Assembly (NCBI GenBank): GCA_951406725.2
Contig: OX597830.1
Coordinates: 27,280,001-27,344,000 of the forward strand
DNA from: Octopus vulgaris
Taxonomy: Eukaryota
DNA length: 64,000 nt
Direction of reading: 5' to 3'
How positions within the stretch are numbered: the stretch's first letter is position 1; the number at the start of each line of letters is the position of its first letter. Below are positions 1 to 11,308 of this stretch, in pieces. A program made the translations under genes and the position numbers. Under the pieces are notes generated by a model, which saw only the letters and a list, made by a program, of their open reading frames with translations, was not told the origin of the DNA and searched no databases.

Positions 1-39
1 GCATAATTATTGTCGTCGTCGTCGTCGTCATCATCATAA

Positions 40-160
40 AGGGTTTTAGTCGAAAATAATCGACTCCAATTCTTCGTTTTGTTACTTACGCTATCTTACG
101 CTGAACCATTGAGTTACGCGGACGTAAATAAACTAACACCAGTTGTCAAGCGGTGGGGCA
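40..160 (-). mobile_element. Degenerate 3' part of SINE family A
   Basis: gaacc...gagttacgcggacgtaaa...acaccagttgtcaagcggtgg matches the reverse complement of the family A copy at 1678-2090. Confidence 0.6.
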
Positions 161-244
161 CTGCAAACAAAAATACAATGACACACGCACACTCACGCAT
201 GCATACACGCATACATACACACACATACACACATGGTGAACTGT

Positions 245-410
245 TAATCTCTCCACATTTTTTCCCGTTTTTTCTTCTTAATCCTTTCTGTCGAAGATCT
301 TAGGCTCGAAACGTAAAATACATTTCCATTCTTCCCAAGCGTGAAACTAATATATCTGCTTGTTGTTTCTACACCTGTCTTCGTCTTTTGCTTTCTGTAT
401 ATTTGAACTA
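245..410 (+). mobile_element. Short PLE-type element with degenerate hammerhead motif (285-318)
   Basis: ttt-CTGTCGA-agatcttaggctc-GAAA-CGT-A-aaa; a related copy lies on the minus strand at 7893-7928. Confidence 0.5.
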
Positions 411-416
411 AATAGA

Positions 417-655
417 CAGGGTTGGCCAAAAGTCACCCGACAGTAAATACAGCTCCATAAATACTTAGTATTCAAGTTTAGTTATTGATTTCAATTATGA
501 ATGTTTAGTAATTGAAAGCTGTGAGTTAAAATCACCGTGTATTTATTCAAGATTTGTCTATTTATTAGCGAAGTCTCACATAAATCAATTTTTTGTTTTG
601 ATCTTGGAATCAAATGGCTTTTGATTTATTATCAGGTGACTTTTGGCCAAATCTG
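417..655. mobile_element. Tc1/mariner-type MITE
   Basis: TIRs cagggttggccaaaagtcacccga / tcaggtgacttttggccaaatctg, followed by TA on the right. Confidence 0.75.
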
Positions 656-673
656 TATACACACACGCGCACA

Positions 674-736
<63 letters not shown>

Positions 737-752
737 GCACACACTCATATAT

Positions 753-971
753 AGGAGCACTCCGTCGGTTACGGAACAGCTTGGTCGCGAAATTAACGTG
801 CAGTGTGACAAGGGTGGCCGTTTGAAATACAGGTACTACTCATTTTTGCCAGCTGAGTAGACTGGAGCAACGTGAAAATACAGCGTCTTGCTCAAGGACA
901 CAACCCGTCGCCAGGAATTGAACTCACGACCATACGATCGTCAGCCGAATGCCCTAACCACAAAGCCAGGC

Positions 972-976
<5 letters not shown>
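753..976 (-). mobile_element. tRNA-derived SINE (family E: D-like core, B-like tail)
   Basis: tRNA-like head on the minus strand (tggctttgtggttagggcattcgg...gagttcaattcc), core cttgctcaaggacacaac, tail gcactccgtcggttac. Confidence 0.7.
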
Positions 977-1028
<52 letters not shown>

Positions 1029-1095
1029 ATATATTAATTAATAATAAAATATTAGGGAATAATATTTGCCTAATAGTGGTTTTATCTCTAATTTA

Positions 1096-1151
<56 letters not shown>

Positions 1152-1220
1152 GGAGTAAACACATAAATGTGAAACAAGGTGGAAAAAAGACTACTCAAAT
1201 ACCAGTGGTAGAGTAATATG

Positions 1221-1377
1221 CTTTATTTAAAGCAGCAGAAAATTCAACAAAACCTGTTACTCTGAGTTTCCCGTTGCCTTTCATCGGACAGTTTCTGCTA
1301 ACAAAAACTGTCCGATGAAAGGCAATGGGAAACTCAGAGTAACAGGTTTTGTTGAATTTTCTGCTGCTTTAAATAAA

Positions 1378-1378
<1 letters not shown>
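1221..1378. repeat. Fold-back inverted repeat (74-bp arms, 10-bp spacer) carrying an HHR-like motif; PLE-type
   Basis: Arms 1221-1294 and 1305-1378 differ by 1 nt; right arm contains ctgt-CCGATGA-...-GAAA-ctcagag-TA-acag; element flanked by (TA)n. Confidence 0.85.
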
Positions 1379-1425
<47 letters not shown>

Positions 1426-1596
1426 CAAGAAAGTTAGAGGTTGTGAATCCAACCAACTAAGGGATAATATCTATCCAATATACTGGTGGTAGAATACCCA
1501 ATTATTAATACACAAGTGTTTTTTTATTGCATCGCACTTACAATACCTAGTGTACTAAATGGGTGAGGGTAAAGAGGTATTTTACCATTAATTCAT

Positions 1597-1846
1597 AGAG
1601 CAATAAGAATATGGAGGGGATCAATAGGTAGTTCATCAACTTTTAGACATATTATGTCTATTTATTTATTATAAATAGGCGCAGGAGTGGCTGTGTGGTA
1701 AGTAGCTTGCTTACCAACCACATGGTTCCGGGTTCAGTCCCACTGCGTGGCACCTTGGGCAAGTGTCTTCTACTATAGCCTCGGGCCGACCAAAGCCTTG
1801 TGAGTGGATTTGGTAGATGGAAACTGAAAGAAGCCCGTCATATATA

Positions 1847-1880
<34 letters not shown>

Positions 1881-2156
1881 GTGTCTGTGTTTGTCCCCCT
1901 AGCGTTGCTTGACAACCGATGCTGGTGTGTTTATGTCCCCGTCACTTAGCGGTTCGGCAAAAGTGACCGATAGAATAAGTACTGGGCTTACAAAGAATAA
2001 GTCCCGGAGTCGAGTTGCTCGATTAAAGGCGGTGTTCCAGCATGGCCGCAGTCAAATGACTGAAACAAATAAAAGAGAGAAAAAGAGAGAAAATAGACAT
2101 AATATAATGTCTAAAAGTTGATGAACCACCTATTGATCCCCTCCATATTCTTATTG

Positions 2157-2160
<4 letters not shown>
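1597..2160. repeat. Inverted repeat (about 67-bp arms) split by a SINE insertion
   Basis: 1597-1663 agagcaataagaatatgg...tatgtctattt is the near-perfect reverse complement of 2091-2160. Confidence 0.85.
1678..2090 (+). mobile_element. Full-length tRNA-derived SINE family A
   Basis: A-box tggctgtgtgg, B-box ggttcagtccc, core caccttgggcaagtg, internal (TA)n, tail ggcggtgttccagcatggccgcagtcaaatgactgaaac; about 20 copies in the window. Confidence 0.9.
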
Positions 2161-2224
<64 letters not shown>

Positions 2225-2228
<4 letters not shown>

Positions 2229-2389
2229 CAGTATTTCAGTTTCCGTCTATGAAATCCACTTAAAAGGATTTGGTTGAGAGGGGGCTACAGTTAAAAGACA
2301 TTTGTTCAAAGTACCGTGCAGCGGGACTGAACCCCAACATTTCGTGGTTGCGAAATGAGCCTCTTAAGCACACAATCACGTCTGCACCT
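2225..2389 (-). mobile_element. SINE A, 5' half, diverged
   Basis: ttcagtttccgtcta...gggactgaacc. Confidence 0.7.
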
Positions 2390-2760
2390 CGGCCAACTTT
2401 TGAATCATTTGTTTATATTGTCTATTTGTCTTTTATTTATGTATGTGTTTTGACTGTCATATTTCTGAAGGTGTTACTTTCGTAATTGACTAACAGATCG
2501 CTATGTGAGCTAAAAGGTCACGTGTTCATCAAATACAACATCAATTCTTTATGGTTTCTTGAGAACGTGAGAAGTACCAGGAAAGATATTGGTGCCATAA
2601 TGACAGATGTTTCTCTAGTTTTTCTACTAACAAATTTATTCTTTTTCTTGTGCGGGGAGGCGAGGACGCAGTTGTCATATCCTGGTGGTATCAATGGCGG
2701 TGTCAGCGCAGCGGTGGTACTGATGTGAATATGTTTACATTATGTTACTATTTAGATTTA

Positions 2761-3129
2761 GTGGAGGCGCAATGGCCCAGTAGTTAAGGCAGCAGACTCG
2801 CGGTCGTAGGATCGCAGTTTCGATTCCCAGACCGGGCGTTGTGAGTGTTTATTGAGCGAAAACACCTAAATCTCCACGCGGCTCCGGCTGGGGGTTGTTG
2901 CGAACCCTGCTGTACGCTTTCACCACAACTTCTCATTCTTTCTTCTTGTTTCTGTTGTACCTGTATTTCAAAGTGTCAGCCTCGTCCCCATGCTAAATCT
3001 CCCCGAGAACTACGTTACAAGTAAACGTGTCTGTCGAGTGCTCAACCACTTGCACGTTAATTTCACGAGCAGGCTGTTCCGTTAATCGGATCAACTGGAA
3101 CCCTCGTCGTTGCAACCGACGGTGTGCCA
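2761..3129 (+). mobile_element. Full-length tRNA(Arg)-like SINE family B
   Basis: gtggaggcgcaatggcccagtagttaagg...gacTCGcgg...ttcgattccc head; tail ctggaaccctcgtcgttgcaaccgacgg; other copies at 19029, 43075 and 62044. Confidence 0.85.
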
Positions 3130-3316
3130 CGATTTGAATTTAAATGAAGAATCGAAGGCGGTCGACTGAAACCGATTGACTTACTACGTGTACAGCCCCT
3201 GGTTGTTTGTTTAGCTCAAGGTTACACAAAGGTTATCTACTCCTGACGGAATCATAAGAGCACCGTTGGGACACAGAATCTGGTAGAGTTTATCCCACTC
3301 AATGTTTTACTACAGC

Positions 3317-3362
<46 letters not shown>

Positions 3363-3397
3363 CCTTATATATATATATATATATATATAAGGTAAAG

Positions 3398-3720
3398 AAC
3401 CCTTGCGGTCATGAATGATCATGGGATTGCACCTAGAAAGTTACCCTCCGTGGGGAAAATTGTATATGGAAGACAAGCAGTCGCCCATGCATATCAGCCT
3501 TCCCTCTCCACGCCTCCGATGTTATCCAAGGGAAAGCCAAAGGCCTATACAGCTAGGCATCAGTGATGTTACAATTCATTTCTATAGTTGAGTGAACTGG
3601 AGCAGCGTGAAATAAAGTGTCTTGCTCAAGAACACAACACACAGTCCCGGTCTGGGAATCGAACGCACTACCTGATGATTGTGAGCCTGACGCTCTAACC
3701 ACTGAGCCATGCGCGTTCAC
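3398..3720 (-). mobile_element. tRNA-derived SINE family D
   Basis: Head ctctaaccactgagccatgcgc, core cttgctcaagaacacaac, tail ggtcatgaatgatcatgggattgcacctag; other copies at 28672 and 57517. Confidence 0.85.
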
Positions 3721-3724
3721 ACAC

Positions 3725-3775
<51 letters not shown>

Positions 3776-3777
<2 letters not shown>

Positions 3778-3940
3778 CGATGGACTTCTTTCAGTTTCCC
3801 TCTACTAAATCCACTCACAAGGGGCTTTGGTTGGCCCGAGGTTGTAGTAGAAAGCACTTGCAGAAGGTGTCACGCTGTGCGACTAAACCCAGAATCATGT
3901 GCTAGGAACCATGCTTCTTACCACACAGCCACGCCTGCGC
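3776..3940 (-). mobile_element. SINE A, 5' half
   Basis: Ends in cttaccacacagccacgcctgcgc. Confidence 0.8.
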
Positions 3941-3946
3941 GTATAA

Positions 3947-3994
<48 letters not shown>

Positions 3995-4237
3995 GTGTGT
4001 GTGTGCGTGCGTGTGCGCGCGTGTGCGCGTGTGTGTGTGTAGGGAGAGAGAGAGAGAGAAGGAGAAAGGTTGTATTGTTCGAGTGAGATTTCCCCAGAAG
4101 TGTTCTTCCTATCAATGAGTCGTCTGACCTCCCACCCCACCTCGCTTCCTCCCCCAGCTACCCTAATGAGAAAAGAGAAGGGGAACTGAAATTAGTGCTG
4201 GACAGGTACTATACTTCATCCATCACGAAGGAAAGTT

Positions 4238-4534
4238 GTTTGTTCCTTCTCGAGCTATGCGTGGCTCATAAGGGCTGTTTTCCCGGTTTCATTGGCGTAT
4301 AGGTTCCCCACCAGGACAGGACGCCGGTCCCTCTCAGGTGAGCTGCTAGATACAGGAGGAGAGAGTGAGAGAAAGTTGTAGCGAAAGAGTTAGAAGAAGT
4401 TTGCCATTACCTTCTGCCGGAGCCGCGTGGAGCTTAGGTGTTTCGCTCATAAATATACACATCGCCCGGTCTGAGATTCGAACCCGCAATCCCTCGAACA
4501 CGAGTCCGCTGCTCTAACAACTAGGCTATGTGCC
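4238..4534 (-). mobile_element. SINE family B2 (B head, different tail)
   Basis: Closely matches 59758-60060; head gagattcgaacccgc...gagtccgctgctctaac. Confidence 0.85.
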
Positions 4535-4598
4535 TGCTCACGAAGGAATGAAAGGTGTATATCATTACAGCAGGATAAGGGCTCAGAGCACTGAATAT

Positions 4599-4758
4599 CG
4601 GTTCGGCAAAAGAGACCGATAGAATAAGTACTAGGCTTTAAAAAAGGTACTGGAATCGATTCATTCAGCTAAAAAAAAAAAAAAAATACCTCAAGGCAGT
4701 GCCCGAGCAAGGCCGCAGTCTAATAACTGAAACAATTCAAAGAATGAAAGATAAAAGA
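4599..4758 (+). mobile_element. SINE A, 3' tail
   Basis: ggttcggcaaaagagaccgatagaataagtact...ggccgcagtctaataactgaaac. Confidence 0.75.
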
Positions 4759-5181
4759 TTGTCTGTTCTAAGACAAATATATTTTATTACAAAGACTTCA
4801 TTCGCTCTTTCCATTTCAGTATAGCTTTTGCTGAGTATATGAGAAAACAGCTATGATTGATAGCTTACAGTAATCAAACATGATTCTCCTGGCTTAATAT
4901 ACGGCCAAAATTACCAATACAAACAATGGCCCAGAATTGCTAGAATTTATGGAGCGTCGAACAAAATGTCTTGCGGTACTTAAATCCATTATCGCCCCTT
5001 CACGTACATTCTGCCTTCTAATCCAGCCAGCGTCAATTTTAGGCGGCGAATTGGCAGAGTCGTTAGAGGATCGGATAGAAAATCCTCGCGGTATTTACCT
5101 TGGCTCTCTGTAATTTGAGTTCAAATCCTATCGACTACAAAGTTCTCGATGAATAAAACACTAGCCGAGTACTGCAATCGG

Positions 5182-5313
5182 TTCTTCTTCTTCTTCTTCT
5201 TCTTCTTCTTCTTCTTCTTCTTCTTCTTCTTCTTCTTCTTCTTCTTCTTCTTCTTCTTCTTCTTCTTCTTCTTCTTCTTCTTCTTCTTCTTCTTCTTCTT
5301 CTTCTTCTTCTTC
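5182..5313. repeat. Pure (TTC)44 tract
   Basis: Read directly from the sequence. Confidence 0.95.
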
Positions 5314-5646
5314 TTTCACTCTGGAAGAAATCGGTCGTAATTGGGACATGGAGAGAGAAAGACTCTTCTCAGATTTAAAATGTCCAAGACTCGCCGTATG
5401 CCGCGACAGTGCTTCTCCTTTCTCCTTCATGACTTGATGTTCCCGAGAAGAAAGGAAAGATTAACCTACAGTAACGTTGACGGAAGCGTCTAAGTGTTAG
5501 CTAAACTGCTCGAAATGATAGCCAAACCACATTCAAATCACATTCTCCAATCCATTTAAAAAGAATACATCGGTTAAACGTTCTCTGAAAGACACTGTCT
5601 GAATTAAAGACGGTTTGATCACGGCTGGGGTATCTTTCGATTAGGA

Positions 5647-5872
5647 GGGCGGCGAGCTGGCAGAAACGTTAGCACGCCAGGCGAAATACTTATTTCGTCT
5701 GCCGTTACGTTGTGAGTTCAAATTCCGCCGAGGTCGACTTTGCCTTTCATCCTTTCGGGGTCGATAAATTATGTACCAGTTACGCACTGGAGTCTATGTA
5801 ATCGACTTAATACCTATGTTTGTCCTTGTTTGTCCACTCTATGTTTAGCCCCTTGTGGGTAATAAAGAAATA
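5647..5872 (+). mobile_element. SINE family C with 18-bp target-site duplication
   Basis: ggcggcgagctggcagaa...gagttcaaattccgccgaggtcgac...gccccttgtgggtaataaagaaata; TSD ggtatctttcgattagga at 5629-5646 and 5873-5890. Confidence 0.9.
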
Positions 5873-6610
5873 GGTATCTTTCGATTAGGATAGCAGTGAA
5901 GCTAAGCAACGACGAGGTTGATGATGATGACGGCGGAGACGACGTCGGCGACAACAACGACGATGTCAACGGCGACGTCTTGTCCTCGCAAATTAGGGAA
6001 CATTTATATGGTCGCTCAGTCTGCTAGAAATAGTAACTAAATCACAGTGTTTTCAACACATATTTTGTCAATATTCTTTCTATGCTCTTAAGACGAAGGT
6101 GGAAGGGGAAGATATTTGTGCAACTGTATCGGGTGGCCATCCCTCCGAAAAGCAGAAAACAAAAGCAAAGACCAGAAAAAGTAAGAGAGAGGGAGTGAGA
6201 GGGTGGAGAGGGAGAACGAAACAAACACCAACTGTGAAACCTCAAAAGAAGACAATATTTTGGTATTGAGTGAGCCATCAAATAACAAAACTATTTAAGA
6301 ATTTAAGAAGTGATGCAATATGTTAGCTAAGCCTTCTAACCTTCAGCAACATTGATCAATACAAATAGGGTATCAACTACAAATAGCTGTAAATTGTCTA
6401 CTTTAAAAAAAAAAATTAACCGATGCAAGAAAGATCAATAACTTCAAAATCTCTTGCTATATACAGAAAGAGGCGATTTAAAAAAAAAAAAAAAAAATCT
6501 GAAAAACCAAAAAATATATATATAAAAAAAGAATTCAAAATACGTTGTTTTCGGAAAAAAAAGACAAAAGCAAAAAACTTCATAAAATTTTAAAATAAAA
6601 CCCAGAGCGT

Positions 6611-6657
6611 CTGCCTTTGACAAGGCCAGGGAAGGCCGAAATCAGGTGATCTGGTAG
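6611..6657 (+). ncRNA. Candidate hammerhead ribozyme, U3-A8 core variant
   Basis: ctgcc-t-TTGACAA-ggcc(agggaa)ggcc-GAAA-tca(gg)tga-TC-t-ggtag; U.U mismatch at the first stem I pair. Confidence 0.45.
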
Positions 6658-6963
6658 TATCGGCGGTGACGTGGCGGGTGATTTACATCTCTGTTTGCGC
6701 ACCGAAAGCCAATGTCAGAGTTTCTCCCATGGTAACTATCGCCGTATCCTGTGTTCTGACACAGCTTTCACTTTTAAATGTGGATAAATATTACCTTGTA
6801 GTATTAATATTGATTCTGTCGCTAACAATAGTTTTTTTAAGAAAAAAAAAAAAAAGAAATAGTGTTAAGTTCCCCCAGTTGCTGATTACATTGATTGGCT
6901 GAATGATTTTTAAATTTTTTCTTTCTTTCTTTCTCATAATTCTATCAAGAGTTTTATAGATGA

Positions 6964-7260
6964 CTAGCAGTATCGCTCGGCGTTGCTCGGGTTTGTAAGG
7001 GAAATAACTATATAAGCATTTTTAGAGAGTTACTTCCCTTATATAATAGCAAAAATGCATTAAAAATGGGAAAAAATGATGGTAAATTTTTTTTTAAATC
7101 GTAGACTCATCGTAGACGCGCGCTAATACCCAGAAGGGCTCGATATGAATCACGACTATAAGATACCCGCTTTTGGTTAAACTGCACCGCAAAATGTGGG
7201 AGTAGTTAGGAATCTAAATCGTAGGAGACAGACACACAACTTCACTTTTATATATAAAGA
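6964..7260 (-). mobile_element. Non-autonomous Helitron
   Basis: On the minus strand it begins TC (tctttatatataa) and ends with an imperfect GC hairpin plus CTAG; inserted between A and T with no TSD. Confidence 0.8.
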
Positions 7261-7486
7261 TTACAGGTGATAATGTTGGGGACGTTATGCAAAGTCCATT
7301 GGAGACAGATAAATAACTAAATGGTGGTAGGACGGAATTTCTGGATCATTACTGTTTTAAAGTTGTTATTGGTGTTGTAGTTGCTGTTTTGTTGGTGTTG
7401 TTGTTGCAATTCTGTTTAGCCTTAGATTTGAACTGTTTAAGTAGAATGACGATCAAAGACATTCCAACCGTGATCATACATCTTTT

Positions 7487-7487
<1 letters not shown>

Positions 7488-7533
<46 letters not shown>

Positions 7534-7605
7534 TATTGTTCAAAGGTACAAAAAACAAAAGACTGAGACAGGCTAGGCGTGTTAGTCTGACGCCACACAC
7601 ACACA

Positions 7606-7664
<59 letters not shown>

Positions 7665-7720
7665 TGTTCAAAGGTACAAAAAGCAAAAGACTGAGACAGG
7701 CTAGGTGTGTTAGTCTGACG

Positions 7721-7780
<60 letters not shown>

Positions 7781-7873
7781 ACACAAACACACACACACAA
7801 ACACACACACACATATTGTTCAAATGTACAAAAAACAAAAGACTGATACAGGCTAGGTGTGTTAGTCTGACGC
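7488..7873. repeat. Compound minisatellite: three copies of an about 60-bp unit, each preceded by (CA)n
   Basis: attgttcaaaggtacaaaaaacaaaagactgagacaggctaggcgtgttagtctgacgc at about 7535, 7663 and 7815. Confidence 0.9.
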
Positions 7874-7875
7874 TC

Positions 7876-7975
7876 ATGAAAAATGGAAAAGTCTTTGACG
7901 TTTCGATCCTAAGCTTTTCGATAGAAAGGAATGAAGAAAGAAAAGCGGAAAGAGGAAAATAAAAAAAATGTGTAT
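7876..7975 (-). mobile_element. PLE-type short element with degenerate HHR (same family as 245-410)
   Basis: Reverse complement reads cttt-CTATCGA-aaagcttaggatc-GAAA-CGT-C-aaag. Confidence 0.5.
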
Positions 7976-8188
7976 CTGGATTACCGGCTAGAAAAAAAAA
8001 TCAAGAACAAACGACAAATTAAGAAAAAAAAAACCCAACGAACGTCCAAGAGACGTTTACTATGAGTTTTATTAGTTCTACGGTCGGAGGAAAATAGTTT
8101 TAAAGTTTATAAGAGCAAAAGCATGACGTTTCGGGCAGAGATCATTACCGTGGCAAACAATAGATACTTAATTAAATACCAGTATTAA

Positions 8189-8409
8189 CTCTTTCATGAC
8201 TGTATTTATTTTGAGATGCTTTGTGTTTCTTTCAGTTACTTTAAATATAACAAAGACTTTAGTAAAATAACTTAGTCATCATTCAGCTAGTGTTAGGAAC
8301 ATAAATTGTGACTAAGGCTTGATGGGAGATTTTAATTCAAAACTTATGAAAACAAGACATTAGTACTACAGAACCAGAGCCGGTTTCAGCCGGGTTGGTA
8401 ATGAAAGGA
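8189..8409. mobile_element. piggyBac-like MITE
   Basis: TTAA at 8185-8188 and 8410-8413; imperfect TIRs ctctttcatgact / ggtaatgaaagga. Confidence 0.6.
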
Positions 8410-8516
8410 TTAAATGTTTGAACTACTGTGGATCTTTACTAGGGTTTTTTATAAGCGGGACTTAAACCTGTACATTAATCTCCAATAAAACATTTTATAC
8501 ATTACATGCCCATAAA

Positions 8517-8696
8517 ATGCCTCGTAGATCTTATTCAACTATGTTTAAACATGGAGTTATATCATATGCTGAAGAGCATGGTAATAGGGCCCACGGAAGA
8601 AAATTTGATGCTGACGAAAGCAATGTCAGGTTATGGAGAAGAAATAAAGAGGAAATTAAACAGATGCCAAAGATAAAGAAGGCAAGAAGGCAATAA
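8517..8696 (+). pseudogene. pogo/Tc2-like transposase N-terminal (Brinker-type) DNA-binding domain fragment
   Basis: Own translation: MPRRSYSTMFKHGVISYAEEHGNRAHGRKFDADESNVRLWRRNKEEIKQMPKIKKARRQ*; downstream end gactatactcgaggatttacggta (about 8850-8873) resembles a pogo-type TIR plus TA. Confidence 0.7.
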
Positions 8697-8880
8697 TAAA
8701 GAACGTTACCGTATACATATTTACAAACCAAGGACGTTATATTGACCCCCTTGACTCATGTTAGAGAAGAGCTGCGTATTATACACAATGTTTAGGTTTT
8801 TCAGAGGTACAGCCCCCTAAATATCCCCTGCGTATTATACTCAAGGGTGGACTATACTCGAGGATTTACGGTATATATAT

Positions 8881-9275
8881 TCTCTTATTCTTTTATTCGT
8901 TTCAGTCACTTTGACTGCGGCCATGCTGGAGAACTGCCTTTAGTCGAGCAAATCGGCCCCAGGACCTATTCTTTGTAAGCCTAGTACTTATTCTATCGGT
9001 CTCTTTTGCCGAACCGCTAAGTTACGGGGACGTAAATACACCAGCATCGATGTCAAGCGATGTTGGGGGACACACACACAGACAAACATATACACACACA
9101 CACACACACATACGACGAGCTTCTTTTAGCTTCCGTCTACCAAATCCGCTTACAAAGCTTTGGTCGGCCCGAGACTATAGTAGAAGACACTTGCCCAAGG
9201 TGCCACGCAGTGGGACTGAACTTGGAACCATGTGGTTGGTTAGCTAGCTACTTACCACACAGCCACTCCTGCGCC
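8881..9275 (-). mobile_element. Full-length SINE A
   Basis: Reverse complement of the 1678-2090 copy, with internal (CA)n. Confidence 0.9.
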
Positions 9276-9312
9276 TGTCCCCTCTATGTTTAGCCTCTTG
9301 TGGGCAATAAAG

Positions 9313-9383
<71 letters not shown>

Positions 9384-9451
9384 ACCGCGTGTGTACCGCT
9401 GGCGATTTTTTTCCCCCTGTCTTCCCTTCTCTGGATCTTTCCGTCTCCTTT

Positions 9452-9486
9452 GTTACCGACGAAGAGCTCCGTTCGAAACGTTTAAC
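9452..9486 (+). ncRNA. Minimal hammerhead ribozyme motif (U4C variant) in a short element at about 9381-9585
   Basis: gtta-CCGACGA-a-gagc(tcc)gttc-GAAA-CG-TT-taac. Confidence 0.65.
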
Positions 9487-9673
9487 CCTCCTTTCCTTCT
9501 TTCCTGAGCGTCCAATAATACAATATTTGTTCCACGTCCTCGCATTGTTGTGTTTTTTTTTGTGCTTTCATGTTTGGATTAACTATGTGCGTGTTTGTGT
9601 GTGTGTGCGTGTGTATGTGTGTGTATGTGTGTATATGTATATATGTAAATATGTAGATACTTGCAAAAAATAC

Positions 9674-9739
<66 letters not shown>

Positions 9740-9758
9740 GGAGAGTGACTCGAACGAA

Positions 9759-9797
<39 letters not shown>

Positions 9798-10374
9798 CGC
9801 CAACGGTACACACGAGGTCACATTTTGAAATATATATATATATATATATATATACCTTCGTTCTAATCTATCTCTCTCTCTCTGTATTTTCTGCATGTAT
9901 CTACATACATACATACATACATACATACATACATACATGTGTTTATACGTACGTTCAGAGGCAAAGAACTATAAGAGGATGTAGTATTCTCGCCATGTTG
10001 CTGTTCCAGAGTCAAAATAATATTATGTTAGAAATGTTATCCCGTTAAAGGTGGAGGTCTAGTTTTAATCTCAATGTGTGTGAAATGTTCCGCGCTGAGA
10101 AATAGGTCAATTTCGGGGGAATAGATACATAGACTCCCGCTTTGACTTAATGATGCTAAAACATACATCTTCTGGCTTTCCACTTTATTTCTGCGCGTAT
10201 GTTTGTATCCTTGTATGATGTATCCCTGTGTGTGTCTGTGTGTGTGTGTGCAAGGGTGTGAGTACACGGTTGAGTGTGTGTGTGTGTGTGTGTGTGTGAG
10301 TGTGATTGTTGTTGCGTGATAGATAGGTAGATAGACATAGTAGCACAAATACACAAACAGACGACACACACACA

Positions 10375-10425
<51 letters not shown>

Positions 10426-10544
10426 ACACACTCACACACACGTATATGGATATAAATACATACGCATCGACTTACATTTGACAGGTACATACACACACAC
10501 GCAGACATTATACGCATTTATATACATACTAGCATACTATGCTA

Positions 10545-11140
10545 GCATGCATGCATATATGAATAAGTGCGTGTGTATATATACATACATACATACATAC
10601 ATACGTACACAACATACATAACATACATATATACATACATACATGCATACATACATACATACATACATACATACATGCATACATACATACATACATACAT
10701 ACACGCATACACACATACATACATACATACATACATACCTACATACATACATACATACATACATACATACATACATACATACATACATGCATACATACAT
10801 ACATACATACATGCATACACGCATACACACATACATACATACATACCTACATACCTACATACATACATACATACATACATACATACATGCATACATACAT
10901 ACATATATACATGCATACATACATACATACATACATACATACATACATACATACATGCATACATACATACTTACATACATACATACATACATATATACAT
11001 ACATACATATATACATACATACATACATACATACATACATGCATACATACATACATACATACATACATACATACATACATACATACATACATACATACAT
11101 ACATACATACATACATACATACATACATACATACATACAT
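10545..11140. repeat. (TACA)n microsatellite array, about 600 bp
   Basis: Read directly from the sequence. Confidence 0.95.
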
Positions 11141-11308
11141 AGATCAATCGCTAAATGCAGTGAATGGTTGCACATTACAATACAGAAATACAGGTTACTA
11201 AACTATTAAGCGAGCTGTGCATTAAATATGGTAGTTAGATGCTTGTGTGTAGACCATTATATATTCCATTCATCTGCTTCAGATACCATCGTCTCTCCCT
11301 CTAATCTA

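Noticed and set aside
2761-2835. tRNA genes at SINE heads (also 17214-17290 and 28672-28745)
   Set aside because: Acceptor stems are not properly paired and each continues into a repeat body, so these are tRNA-derived heads.
7488-7873. CRISPR-like repeat-spacer appearance
   Set aside because: The spacers are (CA)n, the context is eukaryotic and there are no cas genes.
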